From the IMG/VR virus record IMGVR_UViG_3300027798_003516, positions 1 through 64,000 of that record: a stretch of 64,000 bases of DNA; one strand, 5' to 3'. A model generated the notes under the pieces. It saw only the letters and a list, made by a program, of their open reading frames with translations, was not told the DNA's origin and did not search any database. Below, piece by piece: positions 17,302-27,867 of this stretch; the stretch's first letter is position 1, and each line of letters starts with the position of its first letter. This stretch comes from a virus. The position numbers were made by a program, and so were the translations under genes.

Positions 17302-20300
17302 TTAAGCATTTGCCAACACAAATTGCACAACGCAATGTGTTATTTGGCCTAGACTCGCACTAGATCCCGATAATGCTTTGGTTAAGCTGATTGTCATTTG
17401 GTGTGTACTTGAACTGAATGATGAGAATGCTGTTGGACTACCAGAGCTACCGCCACCAGCCACTGTTCTTACAGTATAATCACTTGAGATAGCACGAGTA
17501 ACATAAATGTTACCTGCTTGCTGATAACCGTAGACTTGTACACCAAGTGGTAAACATACGCTTCCAGTAAATGTAAATGTCACTGTGGCAGTTGCTGACG
17601 CCGCAGTAGCAATCGCGGCACTAATACCACCATTTAATACGCTGACACTTGATAGGTTGCCAGAAGCATCATAATTGACTTGAACAGCGGCTCGGAAGAT
17701 ACCAGAACTGCTGCCGCTTCCACCACCTCCACTACTGCTGACAGTACTTGGGGCCCATGCTCCACCGTCCCATACCAGTGCTTGACCTGTGGTAGGAGTT
17801 GTGTCTGCAACATCAGCCAGTTGTGATAAATTACTTTGGCCAATTCGTGTATCAAATCTTGTGTTGGTATAGTATAAGTTACTGCCTTCTGTGACATTGC
17901 TGGTTGTGGCATTGATACTGAATGTACCACTGGCACTATTGTAACTTATACCAGTTCCTGCGGCCAATGCGTTACGAGCAAGACTATCGCTGAAATATTT
18001 GTTTGATGTACCTTGATTTAAGTTGTCTGTTGTCTTGGCCGCCAATCTGTTGTCCCAACGAGTGTTGGTAAAATATTGATTGGCAGAACCTTCAGTGACA
18101 TCGTCAGTGTTTAAAACAACAATACCTGTTTTGGCATTGACACTTGATACTGCGCCTGCGCCACCACCACTTGATGTTGCAGGAGTCCATGCACTACCTG
18201 TCCAGGTCAATACTTGACCATTAGTTGGTGCCGCTGTGACTGTATCAACGTCTGACAATGCATTAATGCTTGAAGCACCAATACGCACATCTGCACGGGC
18301 ATCTGCACGAGTGTTGGTAAAATATAGGTTACTGCCTTCAGTAATATAACTTGTGTTGGCACGATACTTTATTTGACCAGTTGAGTTGTCATAGCTGATC
18401 AAACTAGTAATATTGCTATCACTAAGTGAACTAATAGCTTGTTGCGCCCTAGAATCTGTGTAGTATAATCTGGTACCTTCAGTGACGTCACTAGATGTAA
18501 CACCGCTGATGGCAGTTGTCATGCTTATATTGGCACTACCATCAAAACTTACTAAACCAGTTACTTTACCTGTCAACGCAATGTTTCTTGCCGTTGTTAG
18601 TTTGTTTGCCTTGTTAGACAAATCAACTTCTAAATCGTATCCGCTTTGTGTTGTAGCACCTAGGCCGTATACTTGAACACTACCAACTTTGCCATTGACT
18701 GTGTAGCTGGTACCTGTGGCACCTGTGGCTCCTGTATCACCTGTGTCGCCTTTGACACCTTGAATACCCTGTATACCCTGTGAACCTGTGCTACCTTGTG
18801 GTCCAACTACTCCACCTGCATTAATTGTAACACCGTCTGTCAATGTGACTTGTAAATTGCCACCAGCATCAACTACTACGCCACCATTGGCAATGCTTCG
18901 TCCCGCAGGACCTGCGGCACCTTGCGGTCCTTGAGGTCCAATAACACTACCGGCATTGGCAGTGGTAGCGTCTGTCAATGTGACTTGTAAGTTGCCGTCA
19001 CCGTCAACTACTACGCTGTAAATTCCAAGTCCTGTAGCACCAGTTGAACCTTGCGGACCTTGGGCACCTGCTGTACCTTGTGTGCCAGTTGGTCCAACTA
19101 CACTACCAGCATCTACTGTTGTAGAATCTGTTTTTATAATGATCAAGCGGCCACTGCCATCGACTGCGGCAGTTGTGATACCTACACCATTTGATCCACT
19201 GGTACCATTTGAACCAGCAGGTCCTGTGGCACCAGCTTCACCTGTATCACCTTTGATACCTTGGACGCCCTGTGGTCCAACTACACTACCAGCATCAACT
19301 GTTGAGTTGTCTGATTTAACAATTAATAAACGACCAAAGCTGTTTACACTTGCTGATGTTACTGATAAACCAGCAGGTCCTTGACTACCTGTGTCGCCTG
19401 TGACACCTTGTATACCTTGAGCACCTGTGGCGCCTTGTGGCCCAATTACATTGCCAGCATCAACTGTGGTGTTATCTTGTTTTGTTAAGATTAAATTGCC
19501 ACTGCCATTTACAGTGGCTGATTTAATACCAGATACATTACCAGCATCAACAACGCTGTTGTCTGTCAATGTTAATTGTAAGCGACCTGCCAATGTTACT
19601 GTGGCGGCACTGATACTTAAACCTGCTGTGCCTGCGCTACCAGCTGGGCCTGCAGAACCTGTATCACCTTTGGCTCCACTGTTGGCAACAGGAACCCAAT
19701 GATTGCCATTCCATCCTAAAATTTGACCAGCTGTTGCACCTGTTGTAATGACATCAGTTAAGGCATCTAAGTTGGTTGTTGGAGTAGGAATTGCACCAAT
19801 GCTATCATCAACATATTTCTTGGTTGCGGCCTGTAAATCTATTGTGGGGGCACCTGACAGTGTCAATGCTCCGGTCATTGTACCACCTGACAAGTTTACC
19901 TTACCGGCTAGAGTACTTGTAAGGTCTGTTGCAAAACTTGGATTGCTGGCAATGGCCGCGGCCAATTCGTTTAGTGTATTCAATGCTCCTGGAGCACCAT
20001 TGATTAAATTGTCTACTTGGCCTGTAACATAAGTTTGTGTGGCATATCCGTTGTTGCTTAGGTATGTGCCAACATCACTTAATGTAACACCACCACCTGT
20101 GCCACCAACAGAACTGATAACACCATTGCTGATTAAAATAGTAGAGCCGTCAACTCGGACACCACCCAGTACACTGGTACTGGCAGTTGGTAATGTGTAA
20201 CTGTCTATTAAATTTTGTGAGTCTGTTAGTTGACTTACATCAGTAGGCACCGTTGGTCTACCAGATAAATCACTATAGTTGCCGCTGAACAGCGTTGGCT

Positions 20301-20880
20301 TACCAGATAAATCACTGTAGTTCCCACTGAACGGCGTTGGCTTGTTGGTCAAGTCTGTATAGCTACCACTGAACAGAGTTGGCTTGTTGGTCAAGTCATT
20401 GTAGTTTCCACTAAAGTCACCACTGCCCCCACCACCGCCACCGCCAGTGATGGTGACATTTGCTGTGCCATCCAGGACTGTAACAGTTGCGCCACTGACA
20501 AAATTAATACTTGTAAAATTCCCGCGGTTCGCAGTATTCTCATATATTGAAACAGAATCTAGGCCACCGGTAATTGTAGCAACATTGTTTGTTAGATCAA
20601 CACTGGGTCCAACAAAATTCAATGTTGTTGCGGTTCCTCGAGCGGTTCCATTTTCTTTTACAATAATGTTTGTTCCACTGCCGCCACCGCCTGTTGCGCC
20701 AGCTAGACTTAAAACAAGTTTACCAGTTTGGTCATCATAGGTAGCTTGTAGGCCGATATTGATATCGTTGCCTACTTCAATTTGGTCTGCTACAATGTCT
20801 TGGACGTCTTCTTGTGTAAGGCCTCCGCCACCACCTGTTCCACCTTGTAGTTGTCCTCCTGAAGATGCGTTAATCGCCAT
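17302..20880 (-). CDS. collagen-like long tail fibre protein
   Basis: G-X-Y runs, six DAG beta modules, FSGxYxDLxxKPT and TEGSNLYYT repeats. Confidence 0.85.
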   Translation of the reverse strand: MAINASSGGQLQGGTGGGGGLTQEDVQDIVADQIEVGNDINIGLQATYDDQTGKLVLSLAGATGGGGSGTNIIVKENGTARGTATTLNFVGPSVDLTNNVATITGGLDSVSIYENTANRGNFTSINFVSGATVTVLDGTANVTITGGGGGGGSGDFSGNYNDLTNKPTLFSGSYTDLTNKPTPFSGNYSDLSGKPTLFSGNYSDLSGRPTVPTDVSQLTDSQNLIDSYTLPTASTSVLGGVRVDGSTILISNGVISSVGGTGGGVTLSDVGTYLSNNGYATQTYVTGQVDNLINGAPGALNTLNELAAAIASNPSFATDLTSTLAGKVNLSGGTMTGALTLSGAPTIDLQAATKKYVDDSIGAIPTPTTNLDALTDVITTGATAGQILGWNGNHWVPVANSGAKGDTGSAGPAGSAGTAGLSISAATVTLAGRLQLTLTDNSVVDAGNVSGIKSATVNGSGNLILTKQDNTTVDAGNVIGPQGATGAQGIQGVTGDTGSQGPAGLSVTSASVNSFGRLLIVKSDNSTVDAGSVVGPQGVQGIKGDTGEAGATGPAGSNGTSGSNGVGITTAAVDGSGRLIIIKTDSTTVDAGSVVGPTGTQGTAGAQGPQGSTGATGLGIYSVVVDGDGNLQVTLTDATTANAGSVIGPQGPQGAAGPAGRSIANGGVVVDAGGNLQVTLTDGVTINAGGVVGPQGSTGSQGIQGIQGVKGDTGDTGATGATGTSYTVNGKVGSVQVYGLGATTQSGYDLEVDLSNKANKLTTARNIALTGKVTGLVSFDGSANISMTTAISGVTSSDVTEGTRLYYTDSRAQQAISSLSDSNITSLISYDNSTGQIKYRANTSYITEGSNLYFTNTRADARADVRIGASSINALSDVDTVTAAPTNGQVLTWTGSAWTPATSSGGGAGAVSSVNAKTGIVVLNTDDVTEGSANQYFTNTRWDNRLAAKTTDNLNQGTSNKYFSDSLARNALAAGTGISYNSASGTFSINATTSNVTEGSNLYYTNTRFDTRIGQSNLSQLADVADTTPTTGQALVWDGGAWAPSTVSSSGGGGSGSSSGIFRAAVQVNYDASGNLSSVSVLNGGISAAIATAASATATVTFTFTGSVCLPLGVQVYGYQQAGNIYVTRAISSDYTVRTVAGGGSSGSPTAFSSFSSSTHQMTISLTKALSGSSASLGQITHCVVQFVLANA
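20262..20420 (-). repeat. tandem ~39-bp coding repeats (FSG[NS]YxDLxxKPT x4)
   Basis: Four 13-codon units; related copies near 13690-13720 and 13880-13960. Confidence 0.8.
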
Positions 20881-20901
20881 TTTATTTCTCCTGTTATTCC
20901 C

Positions 20902-21267
20902 TTATAGGCTGAGAACTACTCGTTCACAAGTGCCTACTTGCTGGACATTTAGTCCCAGATGACTTCTATGTATTCTAGCTCTTAGATATACGAAATTTCC
21001 AACAATGTTGAAGCTTTCAACCCTGGTTTCTGGCCCATCAACACTATAAAATGATGTTCCGTTTGGACCTAGCCCAATTGGAAACCAATCACTTTCTTGT
21101 GGTTTATCACTCAATGATGCTTCTATGATTAAATTTCCTTTGAAATTTTTAATATAGAATGCAACAGTATGCATACCATCTGCATACCCATAATATCCGT
21201 CAGCACGAACTGCTGGCCCAGTTTGATCCAACTGTGCATTGTCAATGAGCATGTTGTGTGTACCCAT
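20902..21267 (-). CDS. putative structural protein
   Basis: Beta-rich; ADGYYG and FVYLRA motifs; directly upstream of fibre gene. Confidence 0.55.
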   Translation of the reverse strand: MGTHNMLIDNAQLDQTGPAVRADGYYGYADGMHTVAFYIKNFKGNLIIEASLSDKPQESDWFPIGLGPNGTSFYSVDGPETRVESFNIVGNFVYLRARIHRSHLGLNVQQVGTCERVVLSL

Positions 21268-21269
21268 TG

Positions 21270-21437
21270 TTACTCCTGAATAATTTCAACGATTACATCT
21301 TTACCAACCAGCTCTTGTGCCACTTGTTCTAAACCTGCAACAATTTCAGCGCCAGCAATTGCCGGTACATCTGCATTGCTGTCCTTGTGTAGCTTGCTTA
21401 ATTTGATAACGATGAGTTCTTCTTGTATTTTAGCCAT
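21270..21437 (-). CDS. 55-aa hypothetical protein
   Basis: Manual translation MAKIQEELIVIKLSKL...; GGAGG RBS. Confidence 0.65.
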   Translation of the reverse strand: MAKIQEELIVIKLSKLHKDSNADVPAIAGAEIVAGLEQVAQELVGKDVIVEIIQE

Positions 21438-21470
21438 TAAAAAGCCTCCAGCTGTATTTAGCGGAGGCTC
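21438..21470 (-). promoter_or_regulatory. second terminator/late-promoter/RBS hairpin
   Basis: GAGCCTCCG-CTAAATACAGC-TGGAGGCTTTTTA-ATG. Confidence 0.7.
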
Positions 21471-21492
21471 ATTGATTTAGCTTAGTACTTTT

Positions 21493-22131
21493 CTAGTCTG
21501 GTGCTCTGATTCTTTCAAATCTTGTGATATAATCACCCAGTTGTAGGCGTAGCATTGCGGCATCATCCTGGCTTGCAAGGTATAAATGAAGAGGTTGTCC
21601 CCATCCATATGTCCTTGGCAAAACATCATTGTAAATCAGTTTCTTCAACAGCCCTGCACAAAACCAATCGCTGTTGTCCAATGATAACACCGCAGATCTA
21701 AAGTTATCTACTGCTTTTAATCTAAAGTTGTCATCGTAATTGATACGGGCTCTAATAGGAAATTTACCGTACCAGGGCCTAGCTCTGACAACATCATAGG
21801 TATGTGTTTTAAGCAAGTCCAATGCTGATTCACTTTCTGGAGACCAAGTTGCAATGACTCGGTCTTTCCAAGATTCAACTACATCATTCATTTCTTGTTC
21901 GGTATCTAGAAAAACACTTAAATTGCCTTCACGGCGAAGACCAGCTTCGGGAAATCTTGCTTTGCACCACTTGGTGATCATATTGATATCTTTGGCTCGT
22001 TCTTGCCTTTCTTCGTCGGTCATTCTGAACGAATGATTGATATAGGTAGTTTTACGAGCTGGCGTAATTGCAACAATTACCTTGTAAGGCCAGCGTTTCC
22101 AGAACAATTTTTGTGTGTAATTTTGTTTCAT
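21493..22131 (-). CDS. hypothetical protein
   Basis: 212-aa ORF coupled to clpA stop. Confidence 0.65.
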   Translation of the reverse strand: MKQNYTQKLFWKRWPYKVIVAITPARKTTYINHSFRMTDEERQERAKDINMITKWCKARFPEAGLRREGNLSVFLDTEQEMNDVVESWKDRVIATWSPESESALDLLKTHTYDVVRARPWYGKFPIRARINYDDNFRLKAVDNFRSAVLSLDNSDWFCAGLLKKLIYNDVLPRTYGWGQPLHLYLASQDDAAMLRLQLGDYITRFERIRAPD

Positions 22132-24344
22132 TAACTAATAACTAAACTGTCATCTTTGGCGCCAATGTGATGAAGATCAAGTCCTTCCTTGATGATCCGT
22201 TTGGCAATTGGCAAACGAATTTCTTCGTTGATCAATCTCTTCATTGGTCTAGCACCCATTGTTTCACTGTAACCATGTGCGGCAAGATAATCCAATGCAC
22301 TATCATCATACACAATCGATTGTCCTTGTGTTTCCAACTGCTCGCGAATCTGTGTCATAAACTTATCTGCAATTCTGCGGATAATATCCTGCCCCAAACG
22401 ATTGAATTTAACAACTGCATCCAAACGATTGCGGAACTCTGGTGCAAAGAATTTCTTCACTGCTTCTTCACTGGCATCGTTGTTTAGACCTCCACCAAAT
22501 CCAATCACTTGTCGTTCACTGTCAACAGCACCCAAGTTTGATGTCATAATGACAAAGGCATTACGAGCACTGGCTTGTTTGTTGTCACTGCCTGTGACAA
22601 TACCATTGTCCATCAAGCCCAGCAAGACTTGGATCACATCTGGGTGAGCTTTTTCAATTTCGTCAAACAGCAATACGCAATTGGGCACACGCTCAAGTTC
22701 GTTGATCAATTTACCTGAACCTGCTTTGCCTTCGCCGTATCCAACATAACCCGGAGGGCTACCAATCAAGCTGGCAATCTTATGCGGTTCACGATATTCA
22801 CTCATGTCAAAACGCACAAGTTCCATGCCCAGCCCAATGGATAGCTGTTGTGCCAGTTCAGTTTTACCAGTGCCAGTTGGTCCTACAAACAAGAAGTTGG
22901 CCATTGGACGATTTACTTCTTTCAATCCCGACTTGGCAATATACACCATGTTCATCAGGCGTTCAATTGCATTGTCTTGCCCAAACACATTTGTACGCAT
23001 ACGGCTTTCTAAGTCAGTGACTGCAACATTCTTCTGTTCGCCCAACTGTTCAATTGGCACACGAGTGATATCACTAATTTCTTGACGAATGTTGTCTTTG
23101 GTAGTTTCAGTTCCTTCTGGCGTATTTGTAACACGCAGACGGGCCATAGCCGCATCAATGATATCAATTGCTTTGTCGGGCAGTTTCTTGTCCAGCATGT
23201 ATTTCATTGACAAATCAATTGCTAAATCAATTGCACCTTCTTTGATGTCAAGTTTATGATAAGCGGCATACAACGGCGCAATTCGACGCAACATCAGTTT
23301 GGTTTCTTCCACCGAAGGTTCATTGATGTCAACTTTGGTAAAGCGGCGCAGTAGGGCACGGTCTTTCTCAAAGTTCTCGCGAAACTCTTCATATGTTGTG
23401 CTACCAATGCAACGCAATTTGCCTTTTTCTAAACTGGGCTTGAGCATGTTTGCTACATCCATGCTACCTTGGCCGCCAGCACCTGCACCCATGATCATGT
23501 GTATTTCATCAATGAACAAAATGGCATCGTCTCGTTCTTCCAGTGCTTCAAGCACATGTTGCATACGCTCTTCGAAGTCGCCGCGATATCGTGTGCCTGC
23601 CAACAACTTGCCAAGGTCCAAGCTGTAAATTGTTTTCTTCTTTAATACTTCAGGAACTTCGTTGCGAATCATTGCCACTGCAAGACCTTCAACAATGGCA
23701 GTCTTACCCACACCAGGCTCACCTACCATGATTACATTATTTTTCTTTTTACGAGTAAGTGTTTGTGCAAGACGGAACACTTCTTTCTCTCGACCAATTA
23801 AGGGATCAATCAGTTGTTTTTCTGCGCTCTTGTTCAAGTTGGTGGTGTACTTGGTCAGAATCTTTTCGCTATCACGCTTCTTTGCAACTTTACTTTCTTT
23901 GCTTCGGCCATCTTTGAGACGCCCAACATATCCAATCAATGCTTCTTTGTTGATGCCATGCTTGGCCAAAAAGAAGTTGGCGTGGCTGTTCTTTTCGCTG
24001 GTGATACTGATCAACAGGTCAATGGGTTCCATGTGTCCACGGCCTGTAAAAATGGCCTGTGTGTATGCACGATTAAAACAACGCTCTAAGGTGGCAGTTT
24101 TGCGTGGCTTGGTAATTCCATCCACACGAATATCTTCTTGTCCTCTTAGCCAAAGATCAATTTCTTCTTTCAATGCAGGAACATCCATTTGCAGTTCGCT
24201 AAGGATATCTCGAACTTCATCTTCATCCAGCATCACACGAAGAATATGTTCTAATGTAACATACTCATGCTCACGGCTCAGTGCTTCTTGAAATGCACGA
24301 GCAATGACTTCGTTAATGCGACTGTTGTTCTCTTCTTGACTCAT
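22131..24344 (-). CDS. clpA: ATP-dependent Clp protease ATP-binding subunit ClpA
   Basis: Clp-[35 protein letters not shown] loop; no M domain. Confidence 0.93.
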   Translation of the reverse strand: MSQEENNSRINEVIARAFQEALSREHEYVTLEHILRVMLDEDEVRDILSELQMDVPALKEEIDLWLRGQEDIRVDGITKPRKTATLERCFNRAYTQAIFTGRGHMEPIDLLISITSEKNSHANFFLAKHGINKEALIGYVGRLKDGRSKESKVAKKRDSEKILTKYTTNLNKSAEKQLIDPLIGREKEVFRLAQTLTRKKKNNVIMVGEPGVGKTAIVEGLAVAMIRNEVPEVLKKKTIYSLDLGKLLAGTRYRGDFEERMQHVLEALEERDDAILFIDEIHMIMGAGAGGQGSMDVANMLKPSLEKGKLRCIGSTTYEEFRENFEKDRALLRRFTKVDINEPSVEETKLMLRRIAPLYAAYHKLDIKEGAIDLAIDLSMKYMLDKKLPDKAIDIIDAAMARLRVTNTPEGTETTKDNIRQEISDITRVPIEQLGEQKNVAVTDLESRMRTNVFGQDNAIERLMNMVYIAKSGLKEVNRPMANFLFVGPTGTGKTELAQQLSIGLGMELVRFDMSEYREPHKIASLIGSPPGYVGYGEGKAGSGKLINELERVPNCVLLFDEIEKAHPDVIQVLLGLMDNGIVTGSDNKQASARNAFVIMTSNLGAVDSERQVIGFGGGLNNDASEEAVKKFFAPEFRNRLDAVVKFNRLGQDIIRRIADKFMTQIREQLETQGQSIVYDDSALDYLAAHGYSETMGARPMKRLINEEIRLPIAKRIIKEGLDLHHIGAKDDSLVIS

Positions 24345-24838
24345 AATACCCTTTTTTGTTTACGCAATTCTTTTCGCTGTCTTTCTTTGGCAAGCCGCAA
24401 ACTCAATGGCTTGGCCTTGCTTACAAATGTCACACCATTTAAATGGTCTAACTCATGTATATAACATCTTGCCAGCAGTCCATCAAACCGTTGTTCAACT
24501 GTTTCCCCATTGAGCGTACGATATCGAGCATGCACCCACTCTGGCCTCTTGATATTTAACCACAAACCAGGAAATGATAAACACCCTTCTAGATTCATAA
24601 CATCTGGGCCATGCTCAACAATTTCAGGATTGATACACACAAAGTTGGGACCGCTTTGTGGCCCCATTACAAACATTCGTACAGCCAAGCCCACCTGTGG
24701 TGCTGCCATGCCAATACCACCACTGCTCCACATCAGCAAAAACATGTCTTTGCTGAGTGCTTCCAGGTTTAGTTCATCGGTTGCTGTTGGCATCACTGCG
24801 GCCAGAATCGGATGGTCATCATTTACTAATTCTATCAT
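24341..24838 (-). CDS. def: peptide deformylase
   Basis: GIGMAAPQ, EGCLS, HELDH. Confidence 0.95.
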   Translation of the reverse strand: MIELVNDDHPILAAVMPTATDELNLEALSKDMFLLMWSSGGIGMAAPQVGLAVRMFVMGPQSGPNFVCINPEIVEHGPDVMNLEGCLSFPGLWLNIKRPEWVHARYRTLNGETVEQRFDGLLARCYIHELDHLNGVTFVSKAKPLSLRLAKERQRKELRKQKRVL

Positions 24839-24850
24839 ATGATTATTTTA

Positions 24851-25669
24851 CTATGTTTTATTAATAAAGTCAACAATGGGTCGTTGTTTATCATCTTCGT
24901 TTAACTTGGGTAGCTCAACCTTAATTTCAATAAAAGCATTGCCTCTTGCATTGGTTCCTCTGGCGCTGAATCCTTTTCCTCTTAGACGCAACTGAGATCC
25001 GGGTTGTGTGCCAGCAGGAATTGTAACTTCAATAGCAGTTCCGTCAATTTCCGTCAAGCCAATGGTAGTGCCAAACATTGCTTGCCAGACTGAAATTTTA
25101 ATGGTCCCAATCAAATCAACTCTATCCAATTTCCAAAATGAATGATCACTTATGTTTAGTTTAACATACAAGTCACCAGCGGGCAACCTGTCAGATACTC
25201 GGCCACCTTCACCGGTAAATCGTATCTTGACATCTTTTGTACAGCCTGGCGGGAATGTCACTTCTAATTGTCTAAACTCGCCGCTTGGCACTTGAAAGTT
25301 AATGACCTTGGTAAAGCCATGGAATGCTTCTTCTAGTGTGCATGGCATGCCAACTGTGATGTCTGGATTTTTTACAGCACCTGGCTCAAAATTAAAGTTG
25401 AAACCACCGGGTCTCCGCATCTTACTGAACATGTCGCCAAAATCACGAAAGCCTGTGCTGTCTGGATCAAAGTGTTGATCAGAGAATCCAAACGGAGTTG
25501 AACCACCACTGTTGATCAAAGTCTCGTAGGCTTCTTTTATTTTTTTAAATTCAGCTTCGTCGCCACCGCGGTCAGGATGGTGCTTCATTGCCAGTTTGCG
25601 ATAGGACTTTTTAACATCTTCATCGCTGGCGCCGGGTTTAAGGCCTAAAATTTGATAGGGATTCATCAC
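24851..25669 (-). CDS. dnaJ: class B DnaJ/CbpA-like co-chaperone
   Basis: J domain with HPD, G/F region, C-terminal domain, no zinc finger. Confidence 0.9.
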   Translation of the reverse strand: MMNPYQILGLKPGASDEDVKKSYRKLAMKHHPDRGGDEAEFKKIKEAYETLINSGGSTPFGFSDQHFDPDSTGFRDFGDMFSKMRRPGGFNFNFEPGAVKNPDITVGMPCTLEEAFHGFTKVINFQVPSGEFRQLEVTFPPGCTKDVKIRFTGEGGRVSDRLPAGDLYVKLNISDHSFWKLDRVDLIGTIKISVWQAMFGTTIGLTEIDGTAIEVTIPAGTQPGSQLRLRGKGFSARGTNARGNAFIEIKVELPKLNEDDKQRPIVDFINKT

Positions 25670-25673
25670 TTAC

Positions 25674-25702
25674 AGTTTAACACCTTTCTGGGTCGCTGTC
25701 AA
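25674..25702 (-). promoter_or_regulatory. sigma70-type promoter for dnaJ-def-clpA
   Basis: TTGACA-17-TAAACT. Confidence 0.7.
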
Positions 25703-25706
25703 GTGT

Positions 25707-25976
25707 TTATTTAATGCTGTCGAAGATCTTCTTTTGGGTATTATGCCACTCGATCCAATTTTCAACTTTGAGTTGGCATTGATAGTACAGACTGTAGTTG
25801 TCTGCAACAACTGCCAATGCAGTACTCAACTTGGTTGTGCCCGGTTCAATTAATTTTAAATCTGGACACGCTTCCATCAATTCTGCAGGGGCAGTTGGAA
25901 ACTTTGCAACCACTGGCACTACAGTAGTGCAACCTACCAAGCATGAAAATAATGAAATGATCAATAGATATCTCAT
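25707..25976 (-). CDS. lipoprotein, putative o-spanin (Rz1-like)
   Basis: Lipobox LVGC, Pro-rich PAELMEACP; overlaps upstream TM/coiled-coil gene. Confidence 0.65.
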   Translation of the reverse strand: MRYLLIISLFSCLVGCTTVVPVVAKFPTAPAELMEACPDLKLIEPGTTKLSTALAVVADNYSLYYQCQLKVENWIEWHNTQKKIFDSIK

Positions 25977-26449
25977 TTTTTAATTCCTGTGGCTTTGGTT
26001 GGATTGGTGGCCGCTTCATTGAATAACTGCACAGCATCTGGTGTCAATTTGCACTCTGCATCAATTATCTTTTCCTTCACTACAATGCGCTCTTTGACTG
26101 TGACTGCGTACTCAGTGATTACCTTCTGCTTCTTCTTGCGTTCGGCTACCAACAGCACATTGGCATCTACAGACTTCTTTTCAGCTTCTGCTACTTTGGC
26201 TTCTGTTTCTTCAACCCGTTTACGCCAAGTCATTTCAGTATCATATGCTCCATAGAAATATACGCCGGCCACCATCAGCACAACTGATAGTACACTTATA
26301 GCACCTTTGTAAGGAGCCAATTGTAGACTGAGGGGAGGTGGAATAAACCTAAAGAAAAAGGTGATGGCATAAAGGCCAGCACCAGCAAACAACATCACCA
26401 ATATTGAAAAATGTAAAACCGAATCAGGTATAAAACTTAGTATCCACAT
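25973..26449 (-). CDS. membrane-anchored coiled-coil protein, putative i-spanin (Rz-like)
   Basis: N-terminal TM helices, coiled coil, C-terminal Cys. Confidence 0.55.
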   Translation of the reverse strand: MWILSFIPDSVLHFSILVMLFAGAGLYAITFFFRFIPPPLSLQLAPYKGAISVLSVVLMVAGVYFYGAYDTEMTWRKRVEETEAKVAEAEKKSVDANVLLVAERKKKQKVITEYAVTVKERIVVKEKIIDAECKLTPDAVQLFNEAATNPTKATGIKK

Positions 26450-26457
26450 ATAATTGT

Positions 26458-26679
26458 TTATCCCTTGTGCCTGTATACAATCCTTCCTTTTGTTGTGTCG
26501 TATACACTTACTTCTACATCAACTTTATCACCAATAATTATGGTGATTCTATTCACACGCAGTCGACCTGCCAAGTGACCCATTAACATTTGCCCAGAAT
26601 CAAGGGTTATTCTAAACATTGCATTTGGTAGAGTCTCGGTAACAACACCGGCTACTGTAAAACTATCTTCTCGGGCCAC
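26458..26679 (-). CDS. infA: translation initiation factor IF-1
   Basis: GVVTETLPNAMFR...GDKVDVE..YD.TKGRIVYR. Confidence 0.93.
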   Translation of the reverse strand: MAREDSFTVAGVVTETLPNAMFRITLDSGQMLMGHLAGRLRVNRITIIIGDKVDVEVSVYDTTKGRIVYRHKG

Positions 26680-26682
26680 TGA

Positions 26683-27165
26683 TTAATAATTTGTTAAATT
26701 TTTCATTCTCAAATAATATGCACGGCTCTCTGGCGGTAGTGCATACATCTTTGGATCTTGTACAATTTCTTGGTTTAAATTTCCAATGTCAAGATCTTTT
26801 CTAAGCCCGTCCATGCCTACAAACTTCCATTCTAGTTGGCCTATGGCATGCTCAGCATCTTTGATAATTTCAATGATCTTTTCATTTATGCCTGGCATTC
26901 TTTTTATTTCAAGGTAAACATGAAACTTGCCATCTTTATCGCTGGCATCACTAACTTCTACATCTTCAATCTTTTGCGAACTCCACTCCAAGTACGCACC
27001 CAAATCCACTGCGGCGTCTTTGGTATTGGCTTTGAATGCAACCACAACGGTATCTGCATCGGTGCCAATCTTTGGTTTGTAGCGATCAATCTCAATGAGA
27101 CTGTCAATGGTATCTCTTAGATCGCCTGGGCGAAGGCTTTCTTTAAGTTTATACTTTTTGATCAT
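26683..27165 (-). CDS. phage hypothetical protein
   Basis: 160-aa ORF in late operon. Confidence 0.65.
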   Translation of the reverse strand: MIKKYKLKESLRPGDLRDTIDSLIEIDRYKPKIGTDADTVVVAFKANTKDAAVDLGAYLEWSSQKIEDVEVSDASDKDGKFHVYLEIKRMPGINEKIIEIIKDAEHAIGQLEWKFVGMDGLRKDLDIGNLNQEIVQDPKMYALPPESRAYYLRMKNLTNY

Positions 27166-27697
27166 CTTGGCCTTCTACCTCTGAACTATCTGCATCATCT
27201 TGCTGTAGACCTTGCTCACCGTCTAACTCTTCGTCGTATGCGGCTTCTACACTTTCGTAGTCCACATCATCCATGTCTTTGATGTCTTCGCTTACATCAA
27301 GCAATTGTTTTGGAATACGCAATGTGACCAACCAAACAGTTTTTTCCACAGGCCTAGGAATTCTCTGTCCATCTTCTGTTGCAATGACATCATCAGAATT
27401 TTTAACTTTGACAAAAGTTTTAAATTTGCTCTTGCCAAAAGATACTTTGCAACCATTCTTAATAAGGCGCATGGCGGCGTCGGGGTTTGGCATCATCTTC
27501 TGTGGGTACATCAGTGTTAACTCTACCCAATGGCGTTCTACAAAAGGGCCATCAACAATTTCACCCCTGATCCAATTTTCATAGGCATATACATCCATGC
27601 GATCTAATACACGATCTACTTCGATTAGTGTATCGATTACATTGGGGCTGTTGTGGATATTACCCAGGTTTTTATAAATTGCGTCTTGTGTTTGCAT
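27149..27697 (-). CDS. phage hypothetical protein with acidic tail
   Basis: CTAAATA 7 nt before ATG; MPNPDA motif. Confidence 0.65.
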   Translation of the reverse strand: MQTQDAIYKNLGNIHNSPNVIDTLIEVDRVLDRMDVYAYENWIRGEIVDGPFVERHWVELTLMYPQKMMPNPDAAMRLIKNGCKVSFGKSKFKTFVKVKNSDDVIATEDGQRIPRPVEKTVWLVTLRIPKQLLDVSEDIKDMDDVDYESVEAAYDEELDGEQGLQQDDADSSEVEGQDDQKV

Positions 27698-27867
27698 AGA
27701 CAGATATTTAGTCTATTATTGCCATTACCCTACCCAACTTGCCGATCATCATTAAATACTTTTGGTTCAGCGATGAATCAGCCTGACTAACCCGGGCTGA
27801 AAACTAAATTTTCACAAAAATCAATGAAATCAGCCCGACAATACAACATATATTGTAAAGGAGCAAG

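Noticed and set aside
13680-20420. Diversity-generating retroelement template/variable repeats in fibre genes
   Set aside because: Differences between repeats are largely synonymous rather than adenine-specific, and no reverse transcriptase is in the window.
27775-27840. Pho box or riboswitch upstream of phoH
   Set aside because: Only a CGGGCTGA/TCAGCCCG stem is visible; no clear PhoB direct repeats.
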